A model generated the notes under the pieces. The model did no database searches and was not told the DNA's origin. It saw nothing but the letters and a program-made list of their open reading frames with translations. From IMG/VR virus record IMGVR_UViG_3300009788_000087: 64,000 nucleotides of DNA; one strand, 5' to 3'. This document shows positions 9,192 to 19,600 of this stretch, piece after piece; within the stretch, counting starts at the first letter, position 1; every line of letters begins with the position of its first letter. The translations under genes and the position numbers were made by a program. Source of the stretch: a virus.

Positions 9192-9776
9192 CTACAGTTC
9201 GTTTCGAATCTGCCCCTTGAAGAAGAATTTTATCATCCCGGACTTTCCAAGCAAAATATGGAGAGGATGTGGGATTTCCTCGAATTGGATGACAACCTCA
9301 TGTGCACCACCCATCATCTTAGATTCAGGATTATATGCAATCGACTGAATCTGTCGACCGGTTATTTCTTTCGAAATAGCTCCGCCTTCTTTCTCTTCTT
9401 CATCTCCCTGATCCTCGACATCCTGCGACAGTTCTGTGTCTGATGGATCTGGATCTCCTGCTGGAACTTCCTCATCAGGAATGTCCTGGTCACCCGCTTC
9501 TGGATCAGCTGGCTGTTCCGGTGGCGATTCTTCTCCCGGAGGTGGTGCTTTTGGCTCATCACCCTCTGGAGCACCAGTCGCTATCTCAGCTCCCCGCTTT
9601 GGTGCCATGTCTGTGCCAGATTTCTCGGGTGCGACATTGTCATTGTCTTTATCAGCACCTTGGACGCCAGGCTCTTTATCTTCCTTATCGTCTGCTTCGA
9701 AGAACTCTCTTATTAGGAGCTCAAGCTCTTCGCGGACAATCTTCTCAACTCTAGATTTCTTAAACTTGATCGACAT
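9192..9776 (-). CDS. Acidic low-complexity protein (putative prohead core/internal protein)
   Basis: N-terminal KIVREELELLIREFFEA then D/E/P-rich linker; start set at ATG 9776 behind AAGGGAAG. Confidence 0.6.
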   Translation of the reverse strand: MSIKFKKSRVEKIVREELELLIREFFEADDKEDKEPGVQGADKDNDNVAPEKSGTDMAPKRGAEIATGAPEGDEPKAPPPGEESPPEQPADPEAGDQDIPDEEVPAGDPDPSDTELSQDVEDQGDEEEKEGGAISKEITGRQIQSIAYNPESKMMGGAHEVVIQFEEIPHPLHILLGKSGMIKFFFKGQIRNEL

Positions 9777-9812
9777 GGTATCTTCCCTTGTATTGAGATA
9801 CAACTGTTCGAT

Positions 9813-9819
9813 CTAAGTA
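9813..9819 (-). promoter_or_regulatory. Candidate late-promoter motif TACTTAG
   Basis: Recurrent TA(C/T)TTAG on the coding strand in short intergenic gaps; 36 nt upstream of ATG 9776. Confidence 0.4.
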
Positions 9820-9838
9820 TCTTTCTCAAGTATCTTTC

Positions 9839-10417
9839 CTAAGTTGCAGTTGACTTTTCGGTCTTGCAAGCGAACATATCTGCCCAGTGGACAAGAAGTG
9901 CCAACTCGGGCTCTTTCATCTTGTAATCTGAGTTAGCTGGATCATACTGTCCATCAGCAAGACGAAGTGCCAGATACTCATCATAGCCTATTTCGATACC
10001 ATACTTCTGAAGAATGAACAGACCACCGTCGGTGACTGTCATGTAGTTCATATCTGGGTTTATCGTGTACAGCTTTCCATATTCAGTTCGCTGAAAGCTG
10101 TTCCTGTTGGGAATGTATCTCTCCACGCTTCCATCACCAACTTTTCCAAGGTCATGGAAAAGCCCGACAAATGCAAGCTGGTCTTTAGCATAGCGGTCAG
10201 GACAAAGATCTTTAACCAGTCGCCAAAGGTTAGCGACCACGAGGAGACTATGGTAGCATAAGCCTCCAGGATACGCGCTATGGAAGCTTTCCCGTGACGA
10301 GGCGGGTGCAGTAAAATAACTCTCCCCGATCTTTCCATCCATCATCTCCTTAACTTTCGTACGTCTCGGCTCTGGAAATGCTTCAATGAGCGTCATTACT
10401 TTCTCGACATTCTCCAT
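9839..10417 (-). CDS. HD-domain phosphohydrolase
   Basis: HSAYPGGLCYHS...LFHDLGK...HWADM; start set at ATG 10417 to avoid a long overlap. Confidence 0.85.
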   Translation of the reverse strand: MENVEKVMTLIEAFPEPRRTKVKEMMDGKIGESYFTAPASSRESFHSAYPGGLCYHSLLVVANLWRLVKDLCPDRYAKDQLAFVGLFHDLGKVGDGSVERYIPNRNSFQRTEYGKLYTINPDMNYMTVTDGGLFILQKYGIEIGYDEYLALRLADGQYDPANSDYKMKEPELALLVHWADMFACKTEKSTAT

Positions 10418-10427
10418 TTTCTGTAGT

Positions 10428-10727
10428 TCAGCTATCACGGCTTTCTCTTTCTTCGACAAGTTTCTGTGCAAAATACCTAATGAAGTCTGTCTCAAAGAAC
10501 TCCATGGCTGCTTCGAACACAAGCTCCTCAGACTGATCGACATATGATACATCTACCTGAGGATAGTGTAAACACCATAATGTTAGTGGGTTTCCTTCTG
10601 GATCCTTTGGATCCCTGACATCATCCTTGTGTAGACGATATTCTGCTTTTACCTCAGCACCCTTCACACACATTTTTGCTGAGTCTTGTCTAACCAAATT
10701 CTCGAGGTTTAGTTGAAAGTCAATCAT
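10428..10727 (-). CDS. Hypothetical protein
   Basis: 99 aa ORF coupled between the polymerase and HD genes. Confidence 0.55.
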   Translation of the reverse strand: MIDFQLNLENLVRQDSAKMCVKGAEVKAEYRLHKDDVRDPKDPEGNPLTLWCLHYPQVDVSYVDQSEELVFEAAMEFFETDFIRYFAQKLVEERESRDS

Positions 10728-12207
10728 TTTGATCCCAATAGTTTAGACCCGATTTTACCTTAACTTTCAGTCTCATTCCGAAAAGTCTAGCTGAACCGAG
10801 TTCCATTATGTCTCGCATCTCATCGAGGTACTCCATCTCGTCTGGATGCATATCGATAACTAGCTCATCATGCACAGTGAATAGCATCACTGATTTCTTG
10901 TCCTGAAGAAAATCATGTAGACTTACGATTGAATCCATGAACACATCACTTGTGCAAGTCTGTGCATAAAGAGCGAGCACTTTGCCTGGATGTTCTGATC
11001 CATTCAGATCAATTTTCATGTCATCTGGTGTAATTACATACCCTTGATTCATTGATTCAGAATACATCTTCTCTCTGAAGAACACGATTGGTGCGAATAG
11101 TTCATTGAGTTTCTCAACGAGAACTCCTACTTTCTCACTCGACAAACCAGTTGTCTTTGGCAGATTCTTCAATGATCCACCGTAAAGTCGTGTATACGTG
11201 ATTGTCTTTAGAACACGTCGTCTGATACCAGATGTGTCATGGAACTCGTTATCTCCAAAGATATACTCTACAGTTCTATCGTGAAAATCGTCGCATCCTT
11301 CATAGTATGCGTTAAGGTTCTCATCGTCAACTGATGCTACAATGCACCTATAATCCGCAGCGTTGAAATCGAAGGTTGCAATCTTGCCGCCATCAAATCT
11401 ACTGACGATACTCTGACGTACATGGTTTCTTGGTATATTCATGCATTTGAAAGAACCTTTCGCTGTATGGACTCTTCCGGTCTTGGTTCTTTGTGGTATG
11501 AACTTGTTATAGACATATGATCCAGACATCTTGTCTCTGATGTGTTGGATGAATGCCAAATCGTGTGTTGTCATGCCTGCATCAAGATCAATATTATCAG
11601 GGTCTACGTGCACACTATTTTCTTCCATGAGATATAGGACACGTGCTCTATCATAACCAAAAGATCGAAACTGTTCACTATCAAACTTCTTCACCAGTGT
11701 ATTGACCATCCAGTTTCTTAATCTATAGAATGATATTACCACCTTACTTGGGATTATATCAATGAGAGAGTGTTCGTCAAGATTAATCTTCGCTGTTTTA
11801 CATGCCTTGATATGTGAATTGTACTCATGTCTTCCTGCAAGATACTCAACGACATCAGCATCTTTGATATGCTTATTGACTGCTTTGTACAGGTTTTCCT
11901 CACCTGCCATCACTGACACATCTATCACATCACAGTATCTCTTGAAATTACAACCAAGCTTAAGCACATCACGCATGTCAAAACAGATCTTCTCATGCTT
12001 GTGAGAGAAGATCTCATGAATGAAACCATCGAATTCGTCCCAGTCGTTATTCAGGACAAAATAATGATCTGCACCAAAGGATAGAGAAATGCCTTTGACT
12101 CCGGTCGAGTCCTTCACTGCTTCGAAAGTGAACCCTTCATTCTGGGCTCTCTTCTTCAGAGTCTCCAAATGCGCCATCTCCTTTATTATAACACATCTCT
12201 GTGCCAA
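10720..12207 (-). CDS. Family A DNA polymerase-like protein (short, divergent)
   Basis: TKTGR; motif A DFNAADYR; motif B RRVLKTITYTRLYG; motif C VHDELV; no clear exonuclease motifs; start uncertain (TTG). Confidence 0.85.
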   Translation of the reverse strand: MAQRCVIIKEMAHLETLKKRAQNEGFTFEAVKDSTGVKGISLSFGADHYFVLNNDWDEFDGFIHEIFSHKHEKICFDMRDVLKLGCNFKRYCDVIDVSVMAGEENLYKAVNKHIKDADVVEYLAGRHEYNSHIKACKTAKINLDEHSLIDIIPSKVVISFYRLRNWMVNTLVKKFDSEQFRSFGYDRARVLYLMEENSVHVDPDNIDLDAGMTTHDLAFIQHIRDKMSGSYVYNKFIPQRTKTGRVHTAKGSFKCMNIPRNHVRQSIVSRFDGGKIATFDFNAADYRCIVASVDDENLNAYYEGCDDFHDRTVEYIFGDNEFHDTSGIRRRVLKTITYTRLYGGSLKNLPKTTGLSSEKVGVLVEKLNELFAPIVFFREKMYSESMNQGYVITPDDMKIDLNGSEHPGKVLALYAQTCTSDVFMDSIVSLHDFLQDKKSVMLFTVHDELVIDMHPDEMEYLDEMRDIMELGSARLFGMRLKVKVKSGLNYWDQND

Positions 12208-12213
12208 TTAATA

Positions 12214-12220
12214 CTAAGTA
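12214..12220 (-). promoter_or_regulatory. Candidate late-promoter motif TACTTAG
   Basis: In the short gap upstream of the polymerase gene. Confidence 0.35.
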
Positions 12221-12233
12221 TGACACAAAAGTG

Positions 12234-12262
12234 TTTACAAGCCGAAGGTGAGATGGTATAAT
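12234..12262 (+). promoter_or_regulatory. Sigma70-type promoter, TTTACA-17 bp-TATAAT with extended -10 (TGn)
   Basis: TTTACA 12234-39; TG 12254-55; TATAAT 12257-62. Confidence 0.7.
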
Positions 12263-12269
12263 GAGACAC

Positions 12270-12446
12270 ATGCTAACATGGTTTATTCTCACAATTCTCA
12301 TCAGTTGCCTTGGACTCGGATGGTTCGGCTACGATATGGTCACGAATTTCTGGGACTACTATAAGGAAGCACCAGTGTTCATTCAAATTCTTGGACCACT
12401 AGTGTTCCTCGGATCACTCAGTGGTGGACTAAAGCAGTACGAGTAG
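12270..12446 (+). CDS. Small two-helix membrane protein, the only plausible plus-strand gene, probably leaderless
   Basis: Fills a gap between minus-strand genes; two hydrophobic segments; ATG 12270 lies at the expected +1 of the promoter. Confidence 0.55.
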   Translation: MLTWFILTILISCLGLGWFGYDMVTNFWDYYKEAPVFIQILGPLVFLGSLSGGLKQYE

Positions 12447-12452
12447 AGAAAA

Positions 12453-14363
12453 TTATTTTCTTCTCTTCTTTCCTTTCTGCTTACCAGTCTTTCTACCAAG
12501 AGCTTCGTTAGCTTTATCAACACGGGCTTGAGCTCTATTCTTTGCTTTTTTCCGGGCGCGCTTGAGCTCGATCTTTGCAAGACGAAGTTCTTTTTCTTTT
12601 GCAAGTTGATCGGCACTCAGTAATGTCTTCGTATTAAGTGGATCACCACCCTCAGTATACACTTCGATTGAAGTTTCAAAACCATTAGCAGTAAGAACAT
12701 CAGATCTCTGTCTTATACTAAAGAGACCATTCCAGGTTGAGACACCAAAATCTATCCAAATATACGAGAACACATTGAAAACAAAATTACCGAGCATGTT
12801 GACATTTCCTTTCAACGTGCTTTGCCATATGTCATTGAAGTTCTCAGACATTGGTTTTTCTGTTTCAGCTTTCGTCTCGTGTGCTACTTCCTGACGTGTC
12901 TTAAGATGCTGCGCGTATCTCTCAATCATTGCTCGTTGGATTAAAGGATCCATTTCGACTTCAAATGATGCATCTTTTATGAAAGACAGCGCATTTCCAA
13001 ACGACACATAGGGAATTCCTTTCTCGATAACTTTCTTTCTAATTCTATCACGAGATATTCTACCTGTCTTTGCATCAGGTTCAAGTTGATCTGACGGATC
13101 AAATCTGATAAGTTCCTGACGAATATCAATAACCACAACTGAAAGAATCTGCTTTCCTTTCAGGCTCTTTTCTGAGACTCCGATCTTTATTGTCGGTCTA
13201 GACTGCGGGCGAGAAGTATCCTTGTTCGTTGCCCAAGAAGCTCCGCTTCCAGCTATGCTAGTCAGCGTTGTCATGAAGTTTCTCATCGTAACTTCAGACC
13301 CTTTTGCTGATAATCTTTTTGCAATATCTTTTAGTGTTGCGACTGGTATCTCAAAGCTGCCGATTGATTCACCACTCATGTTTCTACTATTATATTTCTT
13401 TGTCGTAGTTCCAACGTTGACATTGAAATTTCCAAGTAAAAGTTCGACATTGTCATAACCCCACTGCTTTGCTCTTCTAGCAATTGTAGGAGCAACCAGT
13501 TTATTCATGACATCGATCATTTTAACGTGTGTCGTTTTATTATTTTTCTTAATTGTCGAAGCTTCAATGAGATCTGTCATTTTCGCTTGGAGTAATTTTC
13601 GCAGTGGTTTCGCATTTTCACCAAATAGTGGACTCTGTTCAGGATTTAAAGCAAATTGGGAACGATCGAAATTCTCATTTTCATGAACTTCATCAATATC
13701 TGCCACTAACATTTTCCTAAGTGCAAAGTCACCGTTTTGTTTGCCTTTGATGTTAATTTCAAACTCACCATTCTCTCTAATCGTGAATGTATAATAGTAT
13801 GTCGTGAATAAGACTGATTTGATAGAATCAACAGCGACAGTTGTATTGCCTATCCTTTCACAAAAAACGTCACCATTTACCAACTCATTCTTTGATGACC
13901 CTGCCCAACCGTATCTCACTATGTGTGACTCACCAGGAGTAATGAGAGAGACCCATCCATTGTTTTCAGGATCATCAAAGAATGCATCTGGCCTATGGAC
14001 AACCAGATTAATTTCGACGTCTTGCAATACAAGCGGACCAAGGTCCTGTGTCGTGCCGATTTTAAACTCTCTGAGAGAGACTGGTGGCCTCTCACCGTGG
14101 CGTGTATGGTCTGCTATAGCCAAACCAAACTCAGGTGGTTTCTGAAAGAAGACGTTAAGTGATTCTGCGTCTTCCAATGGAGAACGTGTACCAGGATCAA
14201 CACGAACTATCTGAAGGAATGGTACAGCTTGTGCCATATCCGTAGCAGTAATGCTCTCAAGCATTTCCACCGCACCTTGAGATGCTTGTTGTATTGGTCT
14301 TAAATCCGGCCCAGTAACAAACTTTGCAGAATTTGATGCTGATTGTATGGTTACCAAACCCAT
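12453..14363 (-). CDS. Putative baseplate hub / tail protein
   Basis: 636 aa, downstream of tape measure and LysM genes; IVRYGW motif; basic tail. Confidence 0.45.
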   Translation of the reverse strand: MGLVTIQSASNSAKFVTGPDLRPIQQASQGAVEMLESITATDMAQAVPFLQIVRVDPGTRSPLEDAESLNVFFQKPPEFGLAIADHTRHGERPPVSLREFKIGTTQDLGPLVLQDVEINLVVHRPDAFFDDPENNGWVSLITPGESHIVRYGWAGSSKNELVNGDVFCERIGNTTVAVDSIKSVLFTTYYYTFTIRENGEFEINIKGKQNGDFALRKMLVADIDEVHENENFDRSQFALNPEQSPLFGENAKPLRKLLQAKMTDLIEASTIKKNNKTTHVKMIDVMNKLVAPTIARRAKQWGYDNVELLLGNFNVNVGTTTKKYNSRNMSGESIGSFEIPVATLKDIAKRLSAKGSEVTMRNFMTTLTSIAGSGASWATNKDTSRPQSRPTIKIGVSEKSLKGKQILSVVVIDIRQELIRFDPSDQLEPDAKTGRISRDRIRKKVIEKGIPYVSFGNALSFIKDASFEVEMDPLIQRAMIERYAQHLKTRQEVAHETKAETEKPMSENFNDIWQSTLKGNVNMLGNFVFNVFSYIWIDFGVSTWNGLFSIRQRSDVLTANGFETSIEVYTEGGDPLNTKTLLSADQLAKEKELRLAKIELKRARKKAKNRAQARVDKANEALGRKTGKQKGKKRRK

Positions 14364-14368
14364 CTCTG

Positions 14369-14662
14369 TTACACCCTATCTAAGACACTTCTTGCGTTGA
14401 AAGGAATTCTCAATCTCTGACCTGGCGTTAGGAATGGTAATACAATGTTGTTGATAAGTGCGATGATCCACCAGTATCTATCTTCACTAAGATATCTCGC
14501 AGCGAGATGGTCGAGCCTATCACCACGCTTCACAGTATACTCGAATGTGTTAATTCCAGCAAAAGTATCAGGTTCTTTGATAGCATTGGTCTGTTCAAGA
14601 GTAAATGTCTCAAACTGATTGTCATTGATTGTTTCAAATCTATCGTATCTAGATCTTGCCAT
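14369..14662 (-). CDS. LysM-like baseplate protein (gp53/tail X-like)
   Basis: YTVKRGDRLDHLAARYLSEDRYWWIIALIN...GQRLRIP. Confidence 0.8.
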   Translation of the reverse strand: MARSRYDRFETINDNQFETFTLEQTNAIKEPDTFAGINTFEYTVKRGDRLDHLAARYLSEDRYWWIIALINNIVLPFLTPGQRLRIPFNARSVLDRV

Positions 14663-16634
14663 CTATGTTTCCAAATCCCCTGAATCCGTTGCTGGATTCC
14701 ACCTTGTTCTGTGTACTAACTTCATGTGTTCCTGTCTTGGTGACACGACTTGTCTTGCCAGTATCGTCAGCAACGATGTCAAATGTACTTTCAGATCTCG
14801 ATGTCCTGAATTTTCCATCCGGGCCGACGCGTCCAATTGTGCCAAACTTTCCATTCTCTCCGCGACCGATGATTGTATCGTGAAGTACGTGGAATGAAAT
14901 TGAAACTCTAATAGACCTAGGCACTTTAGATCCTTTCTTAAGTTCCCAAATTGAATCCGTGTAGTCAAAGCTGAGCGAGTCAATCACACCTGGTAATCCA
15001 AGCTGTCCGCTCTTTATGACATCACCTACTCTCATCCTACACACTGGACCTGCTTTCAATAATCTCTCTGAATCATATTCTGGGTAGACCATCGATGCAA
15101 GCCAGTTTAGTTTCTGATACATTACTTTGACATCTTCGGGCGCGAATGCATGCAGTTCAAGCCCTAGAAAGATTGTTCTAAGCGTAGACATGTATGTTAC
15201 GACTTGGTCGTGTCTACCATAGAATGTTTTCTTATCCCATTCTGGAGCAAAATCTTCTGTTAATGATGTAATGATCGGCCTGAAATACACAGTCCTAAAC
15301 TTACCATCATTGTTTCCGAATGGTCTAACATCTGTAAATGATACTGGCACGTACACTTGATCGTCGTAAAATCCATCTACATCTTGCGGTACGCCATCAT
15401 GTGTAATCGATCCGTCGTCGTCTTCACCAGAGAAATTCATTGGAATGATTCCTTCTGGGAATGCTGCAGCTGCAAGCGTACTATCTCTTACATATTTAGC
15501 AGTACGAATATCAGATCTTGAAGCTTGCGTCGGAGCCCATCCTAGATCAACACGGTTCTTTTCAAACACAGAGCTAAGATTGAATCTCTTTCGATCGATA
15601 TTCGTCTGACCCGGGATTGGTTTATTGACAATTAGATCTGAATCTGTCTCATCAATTATCGCATCGACAATCTCACCAACAGTCCACCTAGCATTAATTT
15701 CATATGCTGCTGTAGCACCAGGAGATTCTGCGCTTGGTGGAGTGTAAAGGTTTCTAATCTTTAATGCTAGATCGACAATGGGAATAGGAGTAAGACCTGC
15801 AAGACCTGAATCTGTCGCCATGTCACGTGGCAGCAGCGATCCATCTTGACTTGCTGCACCAGCTGAACGTGGGCTATTCATGTTCTTCTCTGCAAATGTC
15901 CCCGCGAATCCTATTCCAACCTCAAAATTATTAAACGGAGGATTATAGTCATTTGTTACACGCAAGTTAAATCTATCATTACTCTTAAGATAGTTAGTTA
16001 ACTGTGTTCCTTCAGAGATGTTGTTTTCTCGAGTTAATATCCTCTGCTCATATAATCCAGGCTTATCGTTGACGCCCGCTAGTGGATTATTTGGATCATG
16101 TGCAACTGGTATGAAGTTATTAATAATCGGTGCACGGTTTACAAAATATAAAGGATCCCAAATCTGTTGACCGTCATTATTCAATGCGAAGAGTGTTGCT
16201 TGCTGTACACCGAACAACGCAAGACCTGACTTTCCGAGAGCGTTTCCTATGTTGATTAACGACTTCGTGTATATCCTAGGATCAAGACCCAATGTACCCT
16301 GTGCACCGAACGGACTATGCGGTGCTATAGCGTTCGGTGCGAACTTTCCACCGATGCCAAGAACTTCAAATGCAGCGTTGTCAATGTTATTTAATAGATC
16401 TCTTATACGCTCATCAGCCTGACGCACTTGTGGATGCCACTCGGCGCGCTGGTTTGGATTCGCAGTTAGTGGATCAATTAAGGAACTAGGGCGATCATCA
16501 CGCTGACTTCTTGCACCCACAAGATCTTCGAGCTTATTCGGAGTCGGTCCAAGCTCAGGAAAGGTAGCATCAGGATCTGGAATATGGAATCTTTTACCCC
16601 CGATTGATAGTTTATTTCTTGGATCGTCTGCCAT
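14649..16634 (-). CDS. Baseplate / tube-initiator-like protein
   Basis: C-terminal ITSLTEDFAPEW...YGR...LRTIFLGL...LNWLAS...PV CRMRVGD...GVIDSLSF pattern; directly after tape measure. Confidence 0.55.
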   Translation of the reverse strand: MADDPRNKLSIGGKRFHIPDPDATFPELGPTPNKLEDLVGARSQRDDRPSSLIDPLTANPNQRAEWHPQVRQADERIRDLLNNIDNAAFEVLGIGGKFAPNAIAPHSPFGAQGTLGLDPRIYTKSLINIGNALGKSGLALFGVQQATLFALNNDGQQIWDPLYFVNRAPIINNFIPVAHDPNNPLAGVNDKPGLYEQRILTRENNISEGTQLTNYLKSNDRFNLRVTNDYNPPFNNFEVGIGFAGTFAEKNMNSPRSAGAASQDGSLLPRDMATDSGLAGLTPIPIVDLALKIRNLYTPPSAESPGATAAYEINARWTVGEIVDAIIDETDSDLIVNKPIPGQTNIDRKRFNLSSVFEKNRVDLGWAPTQASRSDIRTAKYVRDSTLAAAAFPEGIIPMNFSGEDDDGSITHDGVPQDVDGFYDDQVYVPVSFTDVRPFGNNDGKFRTVYFRPIITSLTEDFAPEWDKKTFYGRHDQVVTYMSTLRTIFLGLELHAFAPEDVKVMYQKLNWLASMVYPEYDSERLLKAGPVCRMRVGDVIKSGQLGLPGVIDSLSFDYTDSIWELKKGSKVPRSIRVSISFHVLHDTIIGRGENGKFGTIGRVGPDGKFRTSRSESTFDIVADDTGKTSRVTKTGTHEVSTQNKVESSNGFRGFGNIDGKI

Positions 16635-19600
16635 TATGTACTTGAGTTCTCAAGGATGCTATTAAGAAGGTGTCTTCCTACAAGTCTTCCATCTAAATAT
16701 ACAGGCCCTGCTGTTACGGTCGCAACAGCTTTATTATCTCCTGAAGAACCACCTGATGCATAGTTTACCAATTTCTTAGCAGCACCACCGCCAAATCTCG
16801 TAGGTTGTCTGCCCTTGCCGCGTGCCATTGTAGAAAGTGGAATGATTGCTTCAGGGCCTCTTTCACCGATTAACGACATCGTTGGACGTGTTACGATACC
16901 ACCGTCAGCTTTCCTAACAGCGCCGCTAACTTGGCCAGTTTCGATCATTGCTTTTAACAAGCCGCCGCCAATCCCTTGTTTTTTTGCTCCACCCTTGCGG
17001 AGGAACTGCGTGAGAATATCTTTCTCAGTGCCTCCTGCAAATTTCTCTTGTTGACTAAACTCTATGAATTCAGTAGATCTTTTTATGAGTCCTGCACGCT
17101 CGATCGCAATGACTTGTTTTGTATGTCCAATCTTAAGTCGAATCTCTTCGTTCTGTGCTGTCTTTAATTTCTTTTCTGCAGATCGAGACTCAATCTTCGT
17201 ACGATTTCTTTGTTCTTTTAAATCACGATAAAGCTTAAGTTCCGCTTGTCTTTGTGGTTTAAGTGTCGTATTATTGTATCTTGCTGCATCTTCCTGAAAT
17301 TCAAGATCCTTAAGGTGTCTTTCCTGTTCAGAACCAAATCTCTTCTTTGCAAGTTCTTCGGCGCGCTTGGCCTCATCACTCTGTAGTTTAAATTCCTCTA
17401 CTTCAGCAGTTTTTAATCTACGTTTTGCACCGATCCCTTCGATCTCAATCTTCTGAAGAGCTGCAGCTGTCGCTTTCTCTGTTGCTTCCTTAAGCTCACT
17501 GAGTTTTTCCTCATATTTTATGGATGCATTATAAATCGCTTTAAGTTGTTTTCCTGAGAGTTTTGCTGGACCTTCCCCAGCGCCTAATTCGTCAAGTGCA
17601 CTCGTAACTTTCTTATTTGCAAGCCCGAAGTCACCAAGGACATTTATCTTATCTCTAAGTGATGCCGCTTCTTGTCCTGAGAGGATTACTCCTTTTTTCG
17701 TAGCCTTGTCAGATAAGTCTTTTAGCTTTGCGTTATCTTTGGCACGAAATATAGCTTCTCGTCTTTCAACTATCTGATACTTTGTTGCTTGTATAGACCT
17801 TCGGCGCTCTTCCATATTGAGATCTTTAAGAAGACCAACACGTTCCTTCTCAAGTTTTACCATTTGCGCTTTATGAATATCTTCTGCAGATGGTGTTGTA
17901 AAATAATCGACAATACCTTGCAGTTCCTTTCCGACAAGACCACCTATAGCTCCACCAAGTGCAGAACCAAGCGGACCAAAGACCATTCCCAAAGCGCCGC
18001 CAGCGGCTCCACCGATTGTACCGCCAGTTGTTCCGCCACCAGTTAATTGACCAACACCGGCGCCGATACCAGCTCCCATTAGACCCTTGCCAGCAACCGA
18101 TGCGGCACCACCAACCCTGTGTTTAAATCTTCCCCATTTAATATTCGAACTTGGAGCACCACTACCACCTAGCCCAAGCTTCTTGCCGCCCCAACTTCCA
18201 GCAACACTACCAGCGCCAAGACCACCAACCGTGCTAGCCATTCTACCAAGATTTAGAAGCATAGCTGTAACTTTACCGCCGATCCAAAATGCAATAAGAA
18301 CTTGTGACCATTTTACGAATGATCGAATGCCACTGATCATCTTATCAAAGAAACCGGTAATGTCAGCTGACTTCAGGTTTGCTACCCACTTTGCGGCACC
18401 TTTAATGCTCCTGCCTAAACCTTGCATCATCTTTTTCCATTCATCAGACTTTGCAAGTGAATTGAACATTTTGACGAGCGTTGCAGTGACTCCCTTCATG
18501 ATACCACTGAAACCAGACCATGCATCACTACCCTTCTCAACGAGACCGATTTCTTCAAAGAGTGGTCGCAGTGCGTTTGCAATCGCAGTCGTTACCTTAT
18601 CCATTGCAGAACCGAAGTCGAATAAGGTCTGCACAGTTGCTTGCATTTGTTCCTGCATCATCTTCTGTGCATCACGCTCACTAATCTCTACTTTGGCTGC
18701 TTTGGCTTTGAAGTCAGCATAGGAAATGCCAGCTTTTTTACGATCAAGCATGAATGCGATTTCCTGCTCGCCGATCTTTAATGTATCTGCAAGAGTTTTC
18801 CTCTCGAAACGTGATAGATTCTCGAATGTCTTGCCCTGCGCAAGCAATTCTTGTCTAACAGTCTCAAATCTCTCAGCTGGATCTTGCTTGAGTAGCATGT
18901 CCATTGAGCTGATAGTTGTGCCAAAGATTGTATTCAATCTTCCAGTTGCTTCAGTCGCACTATCAAATGTGTCCCATACATCCATGAAACGTACAGTGTC
19001 TTTAAGTCCAATATTGAATTGTTTAAGATATACTGTTGACTGAATTAAAGCTTTCTGACCTGAGCGACCAAACTCAGACATGAAATCGCCTGCCTCAGCG
19101 AGATCTTTCATTACTTCTTGTACGTTTACATCAACTCCTTCTAATCCGGATATACCAATCATTTGTGCAAGTTCTTTTGTGGCTTCACCTGCTGAAAACC
19201 CCAGTGTTCTGAGTGTCTTGGTTAAGTTACCAGAACCCTTGGCACCAAGATCAAATCCGCGAGCTAGCTGTAGACCAAGCTTATTGAATTCCTGTACGTG
19301 CTTGCCAGTTGTCTCAAGCGTGGCAGCATACTCCGTGAACATCGCACCACCGAGTTTGAAATCACCTGTCAACCCTCGCATGGTTCCTCGCCAAGCATTA
19401 GCTGTCTTGGTTAAGTTCTTGATATTGGGAGTCAATGCTCCCATCTTCATATTCAATAGGCCTGTGGCTTCAGCCCATCTCTCTTTTAACTCGTAGACCC
19501 TTTGTACGGCAGTAATGAGAAGACCCACTCCTAAGCCAATGATCGATGCATTGAGACTGATGAGACTCCTACCAAGTTTGTCGAATACATTGAGAAGTCC

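Noticed and set aside
9839-12207. Z-genome (DatZ + DpoZ) system suggested by HD hydrolase next to a family A polymerase
   Set aside because: No PurZ or MazZ in the window, and the HD protein looks like the common phage PGGL..H type; cannot be supported here
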